Part shown: positions 24,011 to 36,200 of the stretch, one piece after another
How positions within the stretch are numbered: position 1 is the stretch's first letter
How the letters are laid out: each line of letters opens with the position of its first letter
Assembly: GCA_002269645.1 (NCBI GenBank)
Contig: NIVC01001287.1
Span: 4,174 to 68,173, forward strand
DNA from: Macrostomum lignano
Taxonomy: Eukaryota
Direction of reading: 5' to 3'
DNA length: 64,000 bases
The notes under the pieces: generated by a model
What the model saw: the letters and a program-made list of their open reading frames with translations, nothing else
The model's database searches: none
What the model was told of the DNA's origin: nothing
Made by a program: the position numbers and the translations under genes

Positions 24011-27000
24011 AAGTAAAAACGCAGAATGAAAAAAAACGCAGAAAAAAACGCACAAACGCAGATTTTTCAAAGAAAAAACGCAGCTGCGTTAAAAACGCAG
24101 CCTGTAGCAACACTACGGGTAGCTGAAATTTGGATTTTATTCTCTTAAACCAGCTCTCAATGTGAGCATTTGAAAAAGGAGACTTCACGCGGCTTTCCAA
24201 GAATTCATGGTTCCAGACGCAGGCAGCCCATAAGGGAAAGTAGGAGAGGTATCGGATGACAAACATTTCGACTATTTCCGGTGAATGCAATTCGTTATCG
24301 ATAGCAACTTCCTCCACTTCCACAGTGCTATTAGCGATTGATGTCCTCCATGCATTAAAGTACTCATAAAAGGGCGATCGTTTGTATAATGAACTAATCG
24401 TTTCGTCCTCATTAGTACTGTCATTGTCTTCGTGATCTCCTTCCTCTGACTGTCCGTCTGAGTTGGTCCCTTGCTCATCATCTTTGCTGTTATAGGGTTT
24501 GGACATTATACGCTGGCATACTTTTGCAGACTTTGTCAAAAAAATGTTCATTGCATCCCGAATTGTTGACTTAACTTCTTTTACAACCTTAATAGTCATA
24601 ACTCTGTAGAAGTATCTCAAAAAAGTGTCCCTGATTCGATTTGAATACTTCTTCTGCTTTAGATACCGGCTTACTGAATGCATTAGATGATTTGTACAGA
24701 GCATTACCCCGTAACTGTGACAGAAGTGTTGGCTTTTTCGGAAATAGTGATATTGCATATTTAAATACGTCTCCAAATCGCATTGGTGGAATTCAAAGCA
24801 GCTATATATCAGTGCCCAGGAAAAGTCTGTCACCCATAGGATTGGTACGTAGGCTTGCCTAAACCGTGACATCATGTTGATGATATGATGGCGCAGAACA
24901 CGCAAGAAATGTGCTATTGATGCGACAGAATGTCCGTTTGTAATGCAGTCTGCTATTGAGACAGATTTCACGCGGTTGGTAGCTGTTGTTACAATAGAGT
25001 ACAGGAATACGCGTCCGATATAATCCGCTTTTTTAATTATCGATCCGGTGGCGTTAATATGAAGAACATTAAGCTCATTTTCCTGTATTAGGTCGATTAA
25101 ATATTGCAGTTGGTAACCAGAGTACAAAACGACACGCAGGGGATCAGCGCAGCGCTCTCTAACTATTCCCGGCAAGTACTCGTGTGGGTATTCTTCTTGT
25201 AGAGCAGTCTGCATAATGAGTAATTCCATATTAACGTCCTTATGTAGTAATTTCGCCTCATTTACCTTTTTGGCTATTCTTTCCATTACAAATTTCGATT
25301 TGCATGAGTCAAAGTTTTTGCTCAAGACGTGACGCATGTGCTGATCTTCATTGGACAGCTTTCGATGCGCTCCAGACGCCCCATGCTCTGCGACAAGTTT
25401 TGTGAAATTTTCTTCCTCATCCTCTGTTATTCTTCTAAAAGTTGATGATTCGGCTTTCGAGTGGTCAAAGAGACCTCATCCGATGACGTGCCACTCCCAG
25501 CGTTCTCGCGATTGGGGTTCTTCCTTCATTACAAAAGTAAGTTCTCTCTTGCACCCCTGCATCTTGCACGCAGCCCAAATAAAGCACAAATTTATGTGGT
25601 TGCACAAAAATGGCACACTGGTAGTCAGACACGAAGCCTGCAGAAAATCAGCCTTCAAAAATTTTTCCGTAGTTCGTGAGTGCCGAGTCCTTCTTCTCGC
25701 ACTACAGTGGTCCTTGCCTATATAGCCATTCGTAGACGTCAGTCTCTCACAAAGCCAAAAAATATGCTTATATGCTTACTTCTTCCTTGGTAGGGAAACT
25801 CATTGAGATGGTGACCAGGAACAAAGGCTTCTCAAAAAACTACTATATACAGTATTCGGTATATTGGGAAACGTCGTAACAACAGTTGCTAGGGAATATC
25901 TCAGCTTGTGAAGCGTCTTTGTGTGTGTCTGAGGTGTCTTTTTAAAGCAGAGACATGCGTAAAAGTTTCTATAAATTCACAGTATCTTGCGTAATAAATA
26001 GACAATTTTGTTAAACATTTAATAAACGATTTCTGAATGTCTGTCTGAATGTCTGTCGGGAAACCAATACATACCTGCCAGTATACACTAACACCCACAC
26101 TCAGGAAGGTGTACATTATGGCGGAAAATTCCGGCACACATCAACGAAAAATACGCGCAAAGTGGCGCACACGGCGCACAACAAAGGCTTAGCAGAAGTT
26201 TTTAGCGCACAGTGGCACACAGCAAAACCTGATAAAAAAAATTTAGCTCACATTGAGTCACCTAAATGTATAATCTGCATATGCAGTGCGTAAAATATGC
26301 TTTAAGATTACGTTTTTTCCTAGCATATCAATAAAAAAATTGTTTCTTGGTAAGTAAAACGAATAATAAAATTCAAAATTGGATTTTAACGTAAAGTTAG
26401 AGCTATTTCTTTTGATGTTTCTCTACGTAAGCTAAAATAAAGCAAAAGTTTTGAGTTGAAAAAAACCTACATAATGTACGAAAATTTATCCATTTTTTTA
26501 GTTTTGTTTTAATTGGACTTTTATTGAGTTTGTAGTGCTATGGCGCATTAGTACTCTAGCTATATATTTGTCAATAAACGAATGTAGACCTTGGCGCAGA
26601 AATTCATATTTTAGCTTTGCGCACAGCGCACACTCCAAAAATACGCTGAAATATATTCCCGCACACACGTGACACCTTCTTGAGTGTGGACTAACACTAG
26701 GGCCTAATACATGATCCAAACTATAAGCTCAACTTAGCCTTGACAAATATACAAGCTGCTAAAATTAAAATAGGCCCTAGTGGATTTATTTATTTAGTTT
26801 ATACCAAATATTTTTATATAGGAATAAATTGTCACTAGGGCCTAGACCCTACTACTAGTACTAGGCACCTATGGGTATGGCCATGCCATGCACATGGGTT
26901 GACTTAGATAGTAGGCCTGGCTGTTTATCACACACCTTTTTACTCTACAACTTTACTTACAGAGTAGGCCCTACTTTCTCTTATTTAAAATTATATAACT

Positions 27001-27790
27001 ATAAATACAAGCTAAGCTTAGCCTTAGCGCCTATTTAACTTAGTTAGCGAGTCCTGTGAGCATATACAAGGTAGGAAAAATTAAAAAATGTAAAAAAGGT
27101 ATCAACTTTAAACATGAATAAAATAAAAACTAGGCCTATACACAGTATAAAGAAGCCACAACCCACAATATAAACTAAAAAGCTGATGAATGCTTCTTTC
27201 TGGTGAGTGTCTGATTGCTTAAATCATGCAAGTATGAAAAAGTTACATTTGGTTAAACTTTATACATTTTGTACTTAATTTACAAAATGAAGCAAAGCTA
27301 TATTTTGAAGTATGTTAAATATTTTCCATCCAGCGGCTCAATATAATAATTCTCGTAGGCCTATGAATCAATGGCTCGTGCACATTGATATCTATCTGCA
27401 ATCCATCACTTTTAAAACACTACAGAAAGAACAAAGTATAACAAAATGACAAAAACTTGTTTATGTTTTTAAGATCCTCAAATATATTTGCAATGTACGC
27501 TTGGATATTTCAAACTTCTTTACGACTAGGGCATAACTTTTTTATAATTTACAAACTAAAAAATGCAATTTTAAACGATGAATTAAGCCGGCCGCCGACA
27601 CCAAATTTTCGTCATGCTGCATTTTCGGTGCCGAGCTGAGAGGACGAGGAGAGGGATAGAGGCAAGATGATGGTCTCGAAATAGTATCCAATATCATTTA
27701 CGGCATAAATTAGAATTTAAGAAAGGATCGGCCTATATTTTGTATCCTATTCGTATTAAACTATAAATTTAACTTCTCAAAACTTACTGA

Positions 27791-30302
27791 TTACTCTGAC
27801 TGCATCTCTCTACGAGCTACATAGAGCGAATCCTCACTCGTGGGTTCAACCGTCGGGTCTCCTCTTCTTGATGATGCAGTGTGGTCTGCTCTCGAACTAG
27901 TCCTACTGTCAGTGCTCTGCTGGTCGGAGCTCACATTCCCGTCAGCTGCCGGTGCCGCGCCGGCAGGTCTGTAGCCAGGCGAATGCGCGGCACTGGAGAC
28001 ACGCACTGCTCAGACAGGCGCTCGGTGGGGGCGGCAGCTCACTGCCGGGCTGTCTTCGTTGCACTTGTTTGGCAGTTCATTTGTCCGCGGTCAGACGAAG
28101 CATGCAGCTGCTGCTGCAGTGCGCGATCAACACCTTTCGTCGCTGCATGGCTTGATCTGCAAGTCGTGAATAGGCTAGAGGTGGAGGCGGTGTTGCTGGT
28201 TTATAACACACACTCACAATTCTTCTCACCTCCTGCCTGCTGCGCGGTGGGGGTCCTGCCGCGCTTGCTGCAGAGCTTGTCATACGCTAGAGCATCAGGC
28301 TGGGTTCCGAGGAAAAATTCGATTTTTCCGGAAGCCAGCCATGATGTTCTGCGTGAAGTAGTCCTCTCTGTCGGAGCAATCTCCACGAATCGCAACTTGC
28401 TGGTGACAGATCGAGTCTCCGATCGCAGACCTCCCGGGACCTGTAGGCCAGAAGCTCAATCGCGCTATCCCATTTGACGGGGCGAAACACAGCGAGGTCC
28501 AGAGGCTGCAAGATGTGCGTCGCGCGTTCGTCACCATGCAGCCCCGTACAGAACAGCCTGTCTGTTGCCTCAGGTACTCCAGAACCTCAAGCGATAATAC
28601 CGGAGACGTGCAAATCTGTGAAAAGGACAACAGAATTAAAGAATTTTGTTCTAGATAGGGCATTAAATGTATTTTGTGATGACATGGGGAAATTCTGGCC
28701 TTTTCTCTCGGAGTGCGGGCTTGCCTTCTGACCCCCGCTGTGGTCGCCAACCCACTCGCGTACGACTCAGAGTCGGGGGGATCAGGCAGTTGGAGCGGCT
28801 CGACTGCCTCCAGCACGCGTACGACGCGGTACCGCGGTGTCGGGGGTGGTTTTGAGACAGCTAGGCTCCAATTCCGCCTAAGGCCCTAAGCAGCCAACCC
28901 CTAAGAACAACGTACGGCAGAAAAGTCTCACGGTTTCGGGTGATGCGCGGTCTATTTCCCCGCCACGCAGAACGGCGCGGCGCAGTCGCACTGAGAACCC
29001 ATGGCAGAATCGCAGAGAACAGGTAAGACGCACAGGAAAACACAGAGAGCAATGACCGGGCGTGGCCGCAAGTCAAGGCGGGGCGCAACAGTTCCAAAAA
29101 ACCTCAACATGGGCCCCACGTAAAATAGACAGGCGGAGGGGGCGGGGGGGGGGGGGCAAGTGGTGGCCTACGTACACGGCTAAGCGAGGCCAACCCTACA
29201 ATCAGCGCTAGGGAGGGGTGGGCCCAGCCAATCAGCCGGCTCCACGGCTCAGACAATAACATGACTCCCCCGGCTAAGACCAAACGCTGGCTGCACGCAG
29301 GTTTACTCATACTCCAAAGGCAGAGTTAGAAAACTACTATAGGGGTGGGCCGTTTTTCACCGGACACCGGCGCGTGCGAGGAGAGAAATATATGTAAATA
29401 AACAACGCGGGAAAGGACCACGCGTCCTTTTGAATGGGCTAGGAGATGTGTACTCACCACAGTTTTTTTTATAAATTCCTCAAACCCAGCGGTGGTCATC
29501 CACCCGGTGAAAAAGAATAATGGCAATCAACAGGATAACCATCCATTCGATGCTGCGTCCTTTCTGGGAAAACCTTCCTTCCTTCCTTTCTCTGCCAGCA
29601 CAGCGTGAGACTTTAATCCCTGCGGCACTGCGATCTCGTGACGGATCTTGCAGCGCGCCGTCGAGTAGATCATCCTCGGCCTCCGAATGCGGCCTCCGTC
29701 ACAATCGCCCGGGCAGGATTAATAACCGCCTGCGGCGTTCGCTGAGCGATGTCGGGATGGCGCAAATGAAATCCGGTAATCCAGCCTTAGCTTCGACAGT
29801 CCGGCTAGTTTGGCCTGACAAGCAAGTATAGAATATTCATTGAGATTGAGGAGATATAGAAAGGTGACTAACTGAGAGATAGACAGGCAGCTGACAGAGA
29901 ATTTAAGAGTGAGAGCTGTTTGAAGTTAGGAAGGCTTCATATTATATTACTGGGGCCTACCTTGGTTGCGTCGCGCAAACCGGCCGCGCTCCTCTTTAAA
30001 AGCGCCAATCTTGCGGACGGTCTCGCATGCAGCTGCTTCCTCGTGATGGGCACCTGCTGTCGAGCGGCCTGCTTGATGGCATCGCAGAAAGTTCGCTCCT
30101 CGGCCTGCGTCAAACACCGCTTGGTAGTAATGTCACCGTCAGACTGTTCATCAGCTTGCGAGTTCTTCATAAACGGTTGGAGGTAGGTACGGAACATTTT
30201 TGAGCAATTTTTCGATAATTGCACTCTGCCAGTACGAATTCTTTCAATCACACTGTCCACTGCGGCTTGGATTCTCTTATGCTTGCTTCTTATGGCTGCC
30301 AT
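27791..30302 (-). pseudogene. Decayed pogo-like (HTH_psq + CENP-B HTH + DDE_1) transposase with apparent introns
   Basis: ORF 29937-30302 is psq/CENP-B-like (LTQAEE..IKQAARQQVPITRKQL). Further motifs GWITGFHLRHPD, GWMTTAGFEEF and THILQPLDLAVFRPVK. Multiple frameshifts; TIRs not located. Confidence 0.75.
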
Positions 30303-31101
30303 ATCTCTTGTTCTGTTAATTTAGAAATAGTAAAATTTAAAACAACTTTAAATATAGTTTATATACAGATTGCATGCGCTACACACAGACAGAAATATTA
30401 ACTAGGTTAGCCTAAGTATCCCTGGAGCACATGCAGCTAGAATTATTGATTTGATTAAGCCGAAGCCTCAAGTTCACTACCATATCTAGACTATAATAAG
30501 ACCTTAATTAGCTATTTGAGTTTATAAGCAAATAAATTTAAGCTTAATGAGTTATTACGTTATTTGACCTAGACTAGACTAAGCCCATATGAATAAAAAG
30601 TCAATAATTAGAAACAAAAGATTTAAGTTTCTTGAAAGCAGCAAATATCCAGATGTTCGATCTCCAAGCAAATTCTTATTATTTTTTACACTAAAATTTA
30701 ATACTCGACTAGAGGGCTCGGTCCTCAAGCTGGTGCCCCAGGCCCATAGACCCGGGTTTACGTACTGACACTGGCTACGGTCGATTCCACCGAACCGCGT
30801 ACGACGCAGAGTCGGTTGGGACTAGGCGGATCAAGCATACGACGCACACTGGTTGAGGTTGGAATTGGCGTACTCTAGGGTGCTCTAGGGTGCTCTAGGG
30901 TGCCTAAGACTGGCCCAAAACAAAGGAGAAATATATGCAGAGTCAAAGGCTTACCAGTTGGAGGTACGGCACGAAGAGCAGCGTAGACAAGGCCGGATCA
31001 CCGGCGATATTGGGGCGAACGTCATTTTAATTGAAGAACGTCGAAGAAAACGAGTCGATACTGTAGGCGTTGGGCTTTTTAGGCGTACTTGTGGCCGTAC
31101 A

Positions 31102-31391
31102 CGTGCTCTCGTAGGTGTCGGCGGCGGCGGCGGGGAAAAGACGAGAAGGGCTGGACCCCGCTCGCCTCAATAAATAGCAGCACCGCGGGGGGAAGGGGGG
31201 AGGGGGAAGACAGCCACCCGCCGCTGATTGGCGGGTGATTTTAGTGTTAGGGTCTTGAGTCTGCCCGCGGCCGCTCGTTTAGGGTGCTTTAGCACCTACT
31301 AGCTGTCTCCCCCCCGCGGTGCTGTTATTTATTGAGGCGAGCAGGCCCTTCTCGTCCTTCCCCTGCCGCCGCCGCCACCTACGAGAGCACG
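31102..31391. promoter_or_regulatory. Palindromic, promoter-like module: arms 31102-31192 and 31309-31391 around a GC-box/CCAAT spacer
   Basis: The arms are reverse complements. Weaker symmetry extends to divergent AAAATGACGT start contexts at 31025 (-) and 31460 (+). Function is inferred. Confidence 0.45.
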
Positions 31392-32297
31392 ATCCCCTGC
31401 TACGCCTGCAATATCGACATCTGTTGTGTACTCGTTTACTTTGACGTTCTCCAAATAAAATGACGTCCAGCCTCCAGCCTCATCATCACAAGTATAAAAA
31501 AGCATACAGTACATGCAACTAGTTCAAGTTACACTATTCTCGTAGCTCTCGTCACAAAAGTAGGTTGTGCAGAACTCTTTAGCAGTCAATCATGCACAAA
31601 ACCTGAATTTATGATTTTTGAGACATACTTATAATTTTCACCGTATTTTCTAGGCTGTTAGTTAGACTGGCCACCAGCAAAATGTCAGTACAGGTAAATT
31701 CGAGGCGACGCTGCATAAATTAATAACTAAATTAAACATTCAGCACTTAATTACATGCGTCGCATTATGGACCCAACCGCACCCTTGAAACATGCTTCAA
31801 TCTTTTAGTGCAATCACATTACATTAAGTCCTCCGATCCTAAAATAACGGAATATGCGGTGATTGCATTATTAGCTGTTATGCAGCTGTAGTTGCACAAT
31901 GTAAGCCATTGCTTAAATTAACAGTATTCCAGACAATTAGCTTGAACTAGCAATCTAGCGCCCCCCTTCGGGGTGGCCAATAAGCAAGGGACGAATCCTT
32001 TAAAATGAAAAAAAATTCTTAGGGAGGGGGGCTAGGAATCGAATTCTCATTTTAATTCCAGGCTTATGTACCAATAAAACATGCTTGTGCAGAATTTTAT
32101 AACAGACATTGAAATTCAACAATACTTGCCTTCTTTCAGAGCTACTTCTACCAGTATGCTTCAGTACGCTACCAGTACCCTTGTAAGCCTTGACATGTCA
32201 GCAATCCCCCCCACAAGCCTTAACATATCAACTCCCCCCTTGACGTCTCAGCGATGCTCCCATAAGCCTTGAAATCTTAAAAAATCTGTCTACTTTC

Positions 32298-32327
32298 TAA
32301 CCCTAACCCTAACCCTAACCCTAACCC
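32298..32327. repeat. Interstitial telomeric repeat (TAACCC)5
   Basis: Seen directly. Confidence 0.9.
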
Positions 32328-33273
32328 TAAAGCAGGCATGGCGAAATCATTTAGGATGTGACATTATTAAAATGTCTGTTTTAAACCATGGAAACGCTTT
32401 TTTAAAAACATCAAAAAAGCGGTCGCATTTTTTGATTCAGACAGATGACGCTTTAGTTACTGGGAGGGCTCAGAAGCTCTGAAATGTACACTATTATGTT
32501 TGAGATAGTCGTGAAATTTATTGCTTTAAATTACAACATGTAGTTTGATTACTAAATGAAGTGCTACTGGAAGTCTGCATTGTCGGATAAAGGAACGGTT
32601 TTTCGACCATCTTTAGACGTCTTTAGCGTCTTTCTACATCAGTTTGCCTACATGTGTTTCACGGATCTAATTCCAGCTAGCTGTCTCGCAATTGTTGGGT
32701 TTACAAAATTAACTAACATCTATTAGAAGCAGAAGCGTATATCGGAACCTTGCTAATTGGTTCGAGTACAACTATTTCGATTAGTTTGTTATCTTTGTTG
32801 ATCGAAGAAGAGCGAGCAGAGGCGGAGCGGAGCGAGAGAGCGAAAGCATTTAAGAAATAAAAATCAAAGTAAGGTCCTACTGATAAAGCCAGAATTCGTC
32901 TCTTGAGACTACGAGTATAAGACAGATTTTCCTCGAAAGCGATTGCAGGACCAATGCGCTCCGTGCAAGCTCGGGTTTGAGGTGGCGGGTGGTTCTGCAC
33001 ACTGCTGTTATCGGCGGGTGTCGAACGAACTGAGAAGAACGGAAAGAGAGAGAGAATTGAGAATTAAAGCGCTCAACACGTGGATCATGCAGAATCGCAC
33101 AGACAGTCAGTGGCGGCACGCGCAACTGGAATTTCGACATTCCTATAGATATAGAGAGCTAATATCTCATTTCTGTTAAGACGGCTTTCAGCACAGGTCT
33201 ACTTTGTAGAGACGCCAAGACCAGAATAGCGCTACAACTTGCAGATTCAGGACCGCAAAGAAGCCACGAAATA

Positions 33274-36200
33274 ATGGCTGCAGCAGAGAGCAGTCCGACT
33301 CAGGACTCTGGCGCCTCGGCAGCTCTCATCAGCCTGCGGATTCGAGTGCCGGAAACGAAGGCTGAGGTAAAGGAAGGCAGGATTTATTGACTGTTGCTTT
33401 TATGATACTGAGACACTGCGACAGACACTGCGACAGACACTGAGACATGCAATGAGACAGACACTGAGACAGACACTGAGACATGCAATGAGACAGACAC
33501 TGAGACAGACACTGAGACAGACACTGAGACAGACACTCTGAGACAGACACTGCGACAGACACTGCGACAGACACTGAGACAGACACTGCGACAGACACTG
33601 AGACAGGCAATGAGACAGACACTGAGACAGACACTGAGACAGACACTCTGAGACAGACACTGCGACAGACACTGAGACAGGCACTGAGACAGACACTGAG
33701 ACAGGCAATGAGACAGACACTGAGACAGCCACTGAAGTCATACAAAGAGGCAGACCAGGCGCTAAAGCAGACGTCAAGACAGATGCTGTAACTGAGAAAA
33801 AGACTGAAAATTAGATCTGTAAATCTACCAAAGACAAAGTCGTTCTATCAAAAAAACTCATTCTCAACTTGTGCAGAAATGCCTTCAGTTCGCCTCGGAT
33901 ACAACCGTACACGCAGTAAAGCTACGGGCTCTGGACCTACTGGGCAGAAACCTCCCAGACAAGCTTAATTACGGTTTGTACCTGCCTGGCAACAGAGGCA
34001 GAGCTGGTAAATTCCTACAAGAAGAAAGGCTGCTTAACGAATATCCAATGAGTGGGCCGATTGGAGACGTTGAGGTACGTTGCTTTGAAATCAATCGTCT
34101 GAGATTTTTTAGTTGCTTTGAGAAGTGAGGGTGTGAACTAAGTGCTCAAGAATGAGATGACTGTGTACATCCTTGAGTAGGGAGAGTGTCGACTAAGTTC
34201 TCCAGAGACAAACAGTAAAAACAGCATCAATTAAAAATGTACCACATTATACGCTCCGGTTAAAACTTCTGTGTTTCTATATTTAAAATTAGTCCCAATA
34301 AATAAGTCAATATGCGTTTTCTGTATATTTTATATGCGTTTGCTTTCAGATAAGATAGAGCACACACAGATACGAGTACAGTTAAATAGCAGCAGTTATT
34401 ATTATCAGTAAATATTGAATTATTTATCTGAAAAATTTTCAGCTTCGGTACAAACGCAGAATTTATCGCAACTCAAGTCTCAGCGTTAGTAAAATTAAAC
34501 GCGCCAATTCAAAAGTGAGCAAACTTTACTGATCTATGTAAACTGTACTTTATTTATAATCCAACTAATAAATAACAATTTATCGAATTCTTGCAGTCAA
34601 ATTTAAAACATTTTGTACAATCGTTGCAAGCCGGTGACACAGCAGCTGTCAATATGCACCTGAGCAGCGGACTGGATCCCAATGTGCCCTGCAAGAGCAA
34701 CGGAGGTGAGGCTGGTGTATTATATGGGGTATATAGTAGTTTTTTATTGTGACCTGTCTGTATTTCCCAATGACCTCTGTTGCTCTCTGTGACCTTGTCT
34801 GTTCCTCTCTGTGACCTTGTCTGTTCCTCTCTGTGACCTGCCTGTCCATCTGTGTGACCTGTCTGTCCATCTCTGTGACCTGTCTGTTCCTCTCTGTGAC
34901 CTGCCTGTCCATCTCTGTGACCTGTCTGTTCATCTGTGTGACCTGTCTGTCCATCTGTGTGACCTGTCTGTCCATCTGTGTTACCTGTCTGTCCATCTCT
35001 GTGACCTGTCTGTCCATCTGTGTGACCTGTCTGTCCATCTGTGTGACCTGTCTGTCCATCTGTGTTACCTGTCTGTCCATCTCTGTGACCTGTCTGTCCA
35101 TCTGTGTTACCTGCCTGTCCCTCTCTGTGACCTGTCTGTCCATCTGTGTGACCTGTCTGTCCATCTGTGTTACCTGTCTGTCCATCTCTGTGACCTGTCT
35201 GTCCATCTGTGTGACCTGTCTGTCCATCTCTGTGACCTGTCTGTCCATCTCTGTGACCTGTCTGTCCATCTGTGTGACCTGTCTGTCCATCTCTGTAACC
35301 TGTATGTTTCTGTTATTCTTCTCTCTACAATCCTACCTGTCTCTCTCCCAACTCCCATTAAAAATGCCTGTAAAATCGTGCCTTTGCTTTACCTGTAGTA
35401 TTCTTCCATCTTAAACCGCCTTTACCTTCTGTTACAGCTAACCATTTCATTCTAGTGTGTAAGTCATGCCTTGACCATTGAAATTGGAGATTTTCTGCAA
35501 GCAATTTTTCACACGCACACACACATCATACACTATAAGAGCTCTCACTTACAACCAAGCGATTATACATGTGCTTGGTCTAACCGCATTTACAGTCAGC
35601 ACCTCCAAAACTTGAATCGTAAAGTAATAATAACATCGCTGAGGTCCAGTGCTATAAAGTTAATCGTCGTATTATAAAATTTGGTATACACTGTGTAAAG
35701 GTAATAATAAACCAATTAAGAAACTCATCGAGGAGTCAGAGTGTGTTAACAAAGCATTCCAATTAGCTTTTAAACAGACGATTGAGTGTTGCATGTGAAT
35801 GTGTTAATTTCGCATTTAATACTGTTTATACAGTCGAAGGCCTCGTGCCAATTGAAACGTATGGTAGAGTGCTTGCAGCCTTTTTACGTAGTTTAAATAC
35901 GGGCGTAAAACTAAAATTTTTAAAGTACATTTTTTTGGACTAGATAGGACTGTAAATAGTAGTCCTAAATGTGTTAATAAATTACGAACTATTCATTTTT
36001 CCTTTAATTTTACCGCCATAAAATATATGCATTCTGTTATTTCCTTTGATGTAACCGCCACTGAACCACATCTCATTGACCTTCAATGTCATCGCCACTG
36101 GACTCCTATTTCCTTAAACACTTGATCTCGCCGCGATAAAACCTGGCCCATTTCATTGTACCTTTGGTGTCGCCGCCGCCACTGGACCCCCATTTCTTTG

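Larger units (their letters stand above)
21814..24115 (-). mobile_element. Non-autonomous hAT element, 2302 bp
   Basis: TIRs (C/T)AGTGTTGCTACAGGC. 8-bp TSD CGGGTAGC at 21806-21813 and 24116-24123. Subterminal AAAAACGCA repeats. Confidence 0.9.
21596..25803 (-). pseudogene. Inactivated MULE transposase interrupted by a hAT insertion
   Basis: ATG at 25803 with a short first exon (donor gtaagc at 25779). In-frame TGA at 25476-25478. Catalytic motifs LHI(N)ATGS (D to N, 25053-25055), WVTDFSWAL, CTNH and NAHIESWFK. The frame resumes at 21805 after removing the hAT (KFQLPVSVAEF...AEESWGKK). Confidence 0.8.
20648..26072 (-). mobile_element. Mutator-like (MULE, FB-NOF-type) DNA transposon, 5425 bp, carrying nested insertions
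   Basis: 247-bp TIRs (20648-20894 and 25826-26072) with one visible mismatch. 9-bp TSD ACCTGCCAG at 20639-20647 and 26073-26081. Internal transposase. Confidence 0.9.

Noticed and set aside
24006-24115. Hydrophobic C-terminus of the 443-aa ORF (VVLLQAAF...)
   Set aside because: It is read-through into the hAT insertion; the true C-terminus resumes at 21805.
32713-33179. Overlapping short ORFs upstream of Shank
   Set aside because: No recognisable domain; most likely Shank promoter or 5'UTR sequence.
34649-35414. About 200-aa repetitive ORFs (MDRQVTE)n and (CDLSVHL)n
   Set aside because: Translation of a 21-bp intronic minisatellite.
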